Assembly (NCBI RefSeq): GCF_963921235.1
Contig: NC_086097.1
Location: 195,798,001 to 195,862,000 of the forward strand
Source: Mobula hypostoma
Taxonomy: Eukaryota
DNA: 64,000 nucleotides
Direction of reading: 5' to 3'
Under the pieces are notes generated by a model, which saw only the letters and a list, made by a program, of their open reading frames with translations, did not search any database and was not told the origin of the DNA. The position numbers and the translations under genes were made by a program. Of the stretch, positions 62,321-64,000 are shown in pieces; position 1 is the stretch's first letter; each line of letters starts with the position of its first letter.

Positions 62321-63724
62321 ATTAAATCCTGTTCCTTGCATCAGAACTGCCCATCTACTGCGAATCATCCATCTGAGGTCAGTTTTTTCTCTCTTCATTA
62401 GTACATGTGGCCTGTTAGACATGTTAGACATCCTTGCTTTTAGCAATACACAACAGACAATGTCCACCCCATTAAAACATTTGACCTGGTCTTACCCAAT
62501 CACAGATATTCCCTTAATCCTATCAAGCCCTCCCACTACTTCCACTGTAATTTTATGACACTATTTTTCTGAATTTCTCCTTAATATTTGTATTAACTCA
62601 GAAGGTGATTCAATGAACACAAATGGCCACGATAAAGTTCTCAATATAGATCACTTTACACACATTGGCTGGAAAATTTACTTGATCTTTGCAATATTTC
62701 CATCTCTTTGATGAAGGGGAATGCTGGGGTGGCTCTAGAATTGTGTACATTGAAGTTTTGACCTTCACAAAATGTCAGCTTTCAACATATTTAATAACCA
62801 TATGAATATAGAAGGTTATGAAAAATGAGAATATTATAGCATTCTGTTCTTCATCTCTCCAGTTACACCATCGGTACTTGTCATGAAAATGGTGATAATG
62901 ATTTGAACTAAAGGTTGTAATGAATATAAATCTCAGATAAGTAGAAAGAAATGAATTTGGAATTGTAGAAACCTACAGCACAGAAATAGGCTCTTTCAGC
63001 CCACCTTATCAATGCCTATTGATGCCAATCCCACTTGCCTGCATTAGGCCCATATTCCTCTACATCTTCCCTACCAAAATACATGTCCAAATACTTTTTA
63101 AACTCTATTATTGTATTTGCTTCTACTACCCCATCTGGCAGCTAATTCCTCTATGTCAAAAACTTCCCCTACAGGTCTTTAAATTACCTTTCTAATAATG
63201 ACTCTTCATGCCCAATCATTGAGTCATGAAGATATTGAACTACTTGTGTGTTAGGAGGAAGACAACCCTATCTGAGAGCCAATACTACTTGTACCTGAGG
63301 TGCACACCACTTCAAGACTTTATGAAAAGTGCCAGGTATGAAAGGATAAGAGGATTGTTTTGCAGTAATCTGAGCTGTGATCATTAACCTAACCCAATCC
63401 ATTGGCTGCTGGTTCACAATAATTTTCTTTCGGTTTCTTGTTCTGCAGTTGGTATCTATCATTCCCCTCAAAATGCTGGGTTTACAAAATGCTGACAGTC
63501 CGTTACTTTATTACTGACAAACCAGGTCAGCAATATTATGAAAGATGCTCTTCTTCATCTTGCGAGCTAATTCAGCTCTAAGTGATTATAACAAGCCTTG
63601 CCCTCATCTAATTGTTCTGCTGGGTAGCTGTTGTAAGACAAAGATGAAAATTATTTTCAAATTATAATGATATGGCTTGAAGACAGCAAAAACAAGGTAC
63701 AGTGTAAATTTTTGAGAGCGCTAA

Positions 63725-63905
63725 CTTTGACATGTTGCAGAACCTTGCTGTGCTTCCAAGTGTGCGGTAATTCACGGCAGGAACTAATCTCTGCATATGC
63801 TTTTATTTCTATTTCTTCTTCATCTGTGCAGAGGACATGGCGCTTGCATTTTATCTCATCCAACAGGATGTTCAGATCGAAGTCAGTTAGGCAGGGGAGC
63901 ATGCC
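63725..63905 (-). pseudogene. Possible Myb/SANT-like (Harbinger ORF2/MSANTD-type) remnant
   Basis: PCLTDFDLNILLDEIKCKRHVL...KAYAEIS...TWKH resembles P.F...L..LL.EV..R..VL...AW.EIA...TW. In-frame stops lie upstream. Confidence 0.35.
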
Positions 63906-64000
63906 CCTGTGGTGTCGTCTTTGTAACTACCTCAGCACAGAGAATACATCTCCAATAGGTTGTGTTCAAGTGGAGTATGCCCTTTCGAGGCCAGAGCCCT

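Overview
Repeat-dense eukaryotic DNA, most likely from a cartilaginous fish (ray or shark). This is inferred from the repeat set: CR1, Rex1/Babar-like, V-SINE/HE1-like, Penelope-like, Tc1 and Gypsy. I found no convincing intact host exon, RNA gene or CRISPR array. The window is a stack of nested transposable elements, many with readable target-site duplications (TSDs). Highlights: (1) a 4.2-kb non-autonomous Gypsy-type LTR element (12217-16417; both LTRs, tRNA-Pro primer-binding site, polypurine tract and GGTT TSD all present) whose shrunken pol is fused to about 750 nt of intron-less sarcomeric myosin heavy chain rod sequence, i.e. an apparent host mRNA capture; (2) a 3.4-kb Penelope-like palindrome (50733-54143) inserted as one unit with an 11-bp TSD, a central 27/31-bp tandem array made from its own RT sequence, and hammerhead-ribozyme motifs, plus a 235-bp miniature of the same architecture at 61263-61497; (3) an ORF1-only I/Nimb-like LINE inside a solo LTR inside a CR1; (4) a composite hAT MITE, two Tc1 copies and a second Gypsy with a YLDN RT motif. 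All family and protein assignments come from motif recognition by eye, not database searches. Boundaries of degraded repeats are approximate.
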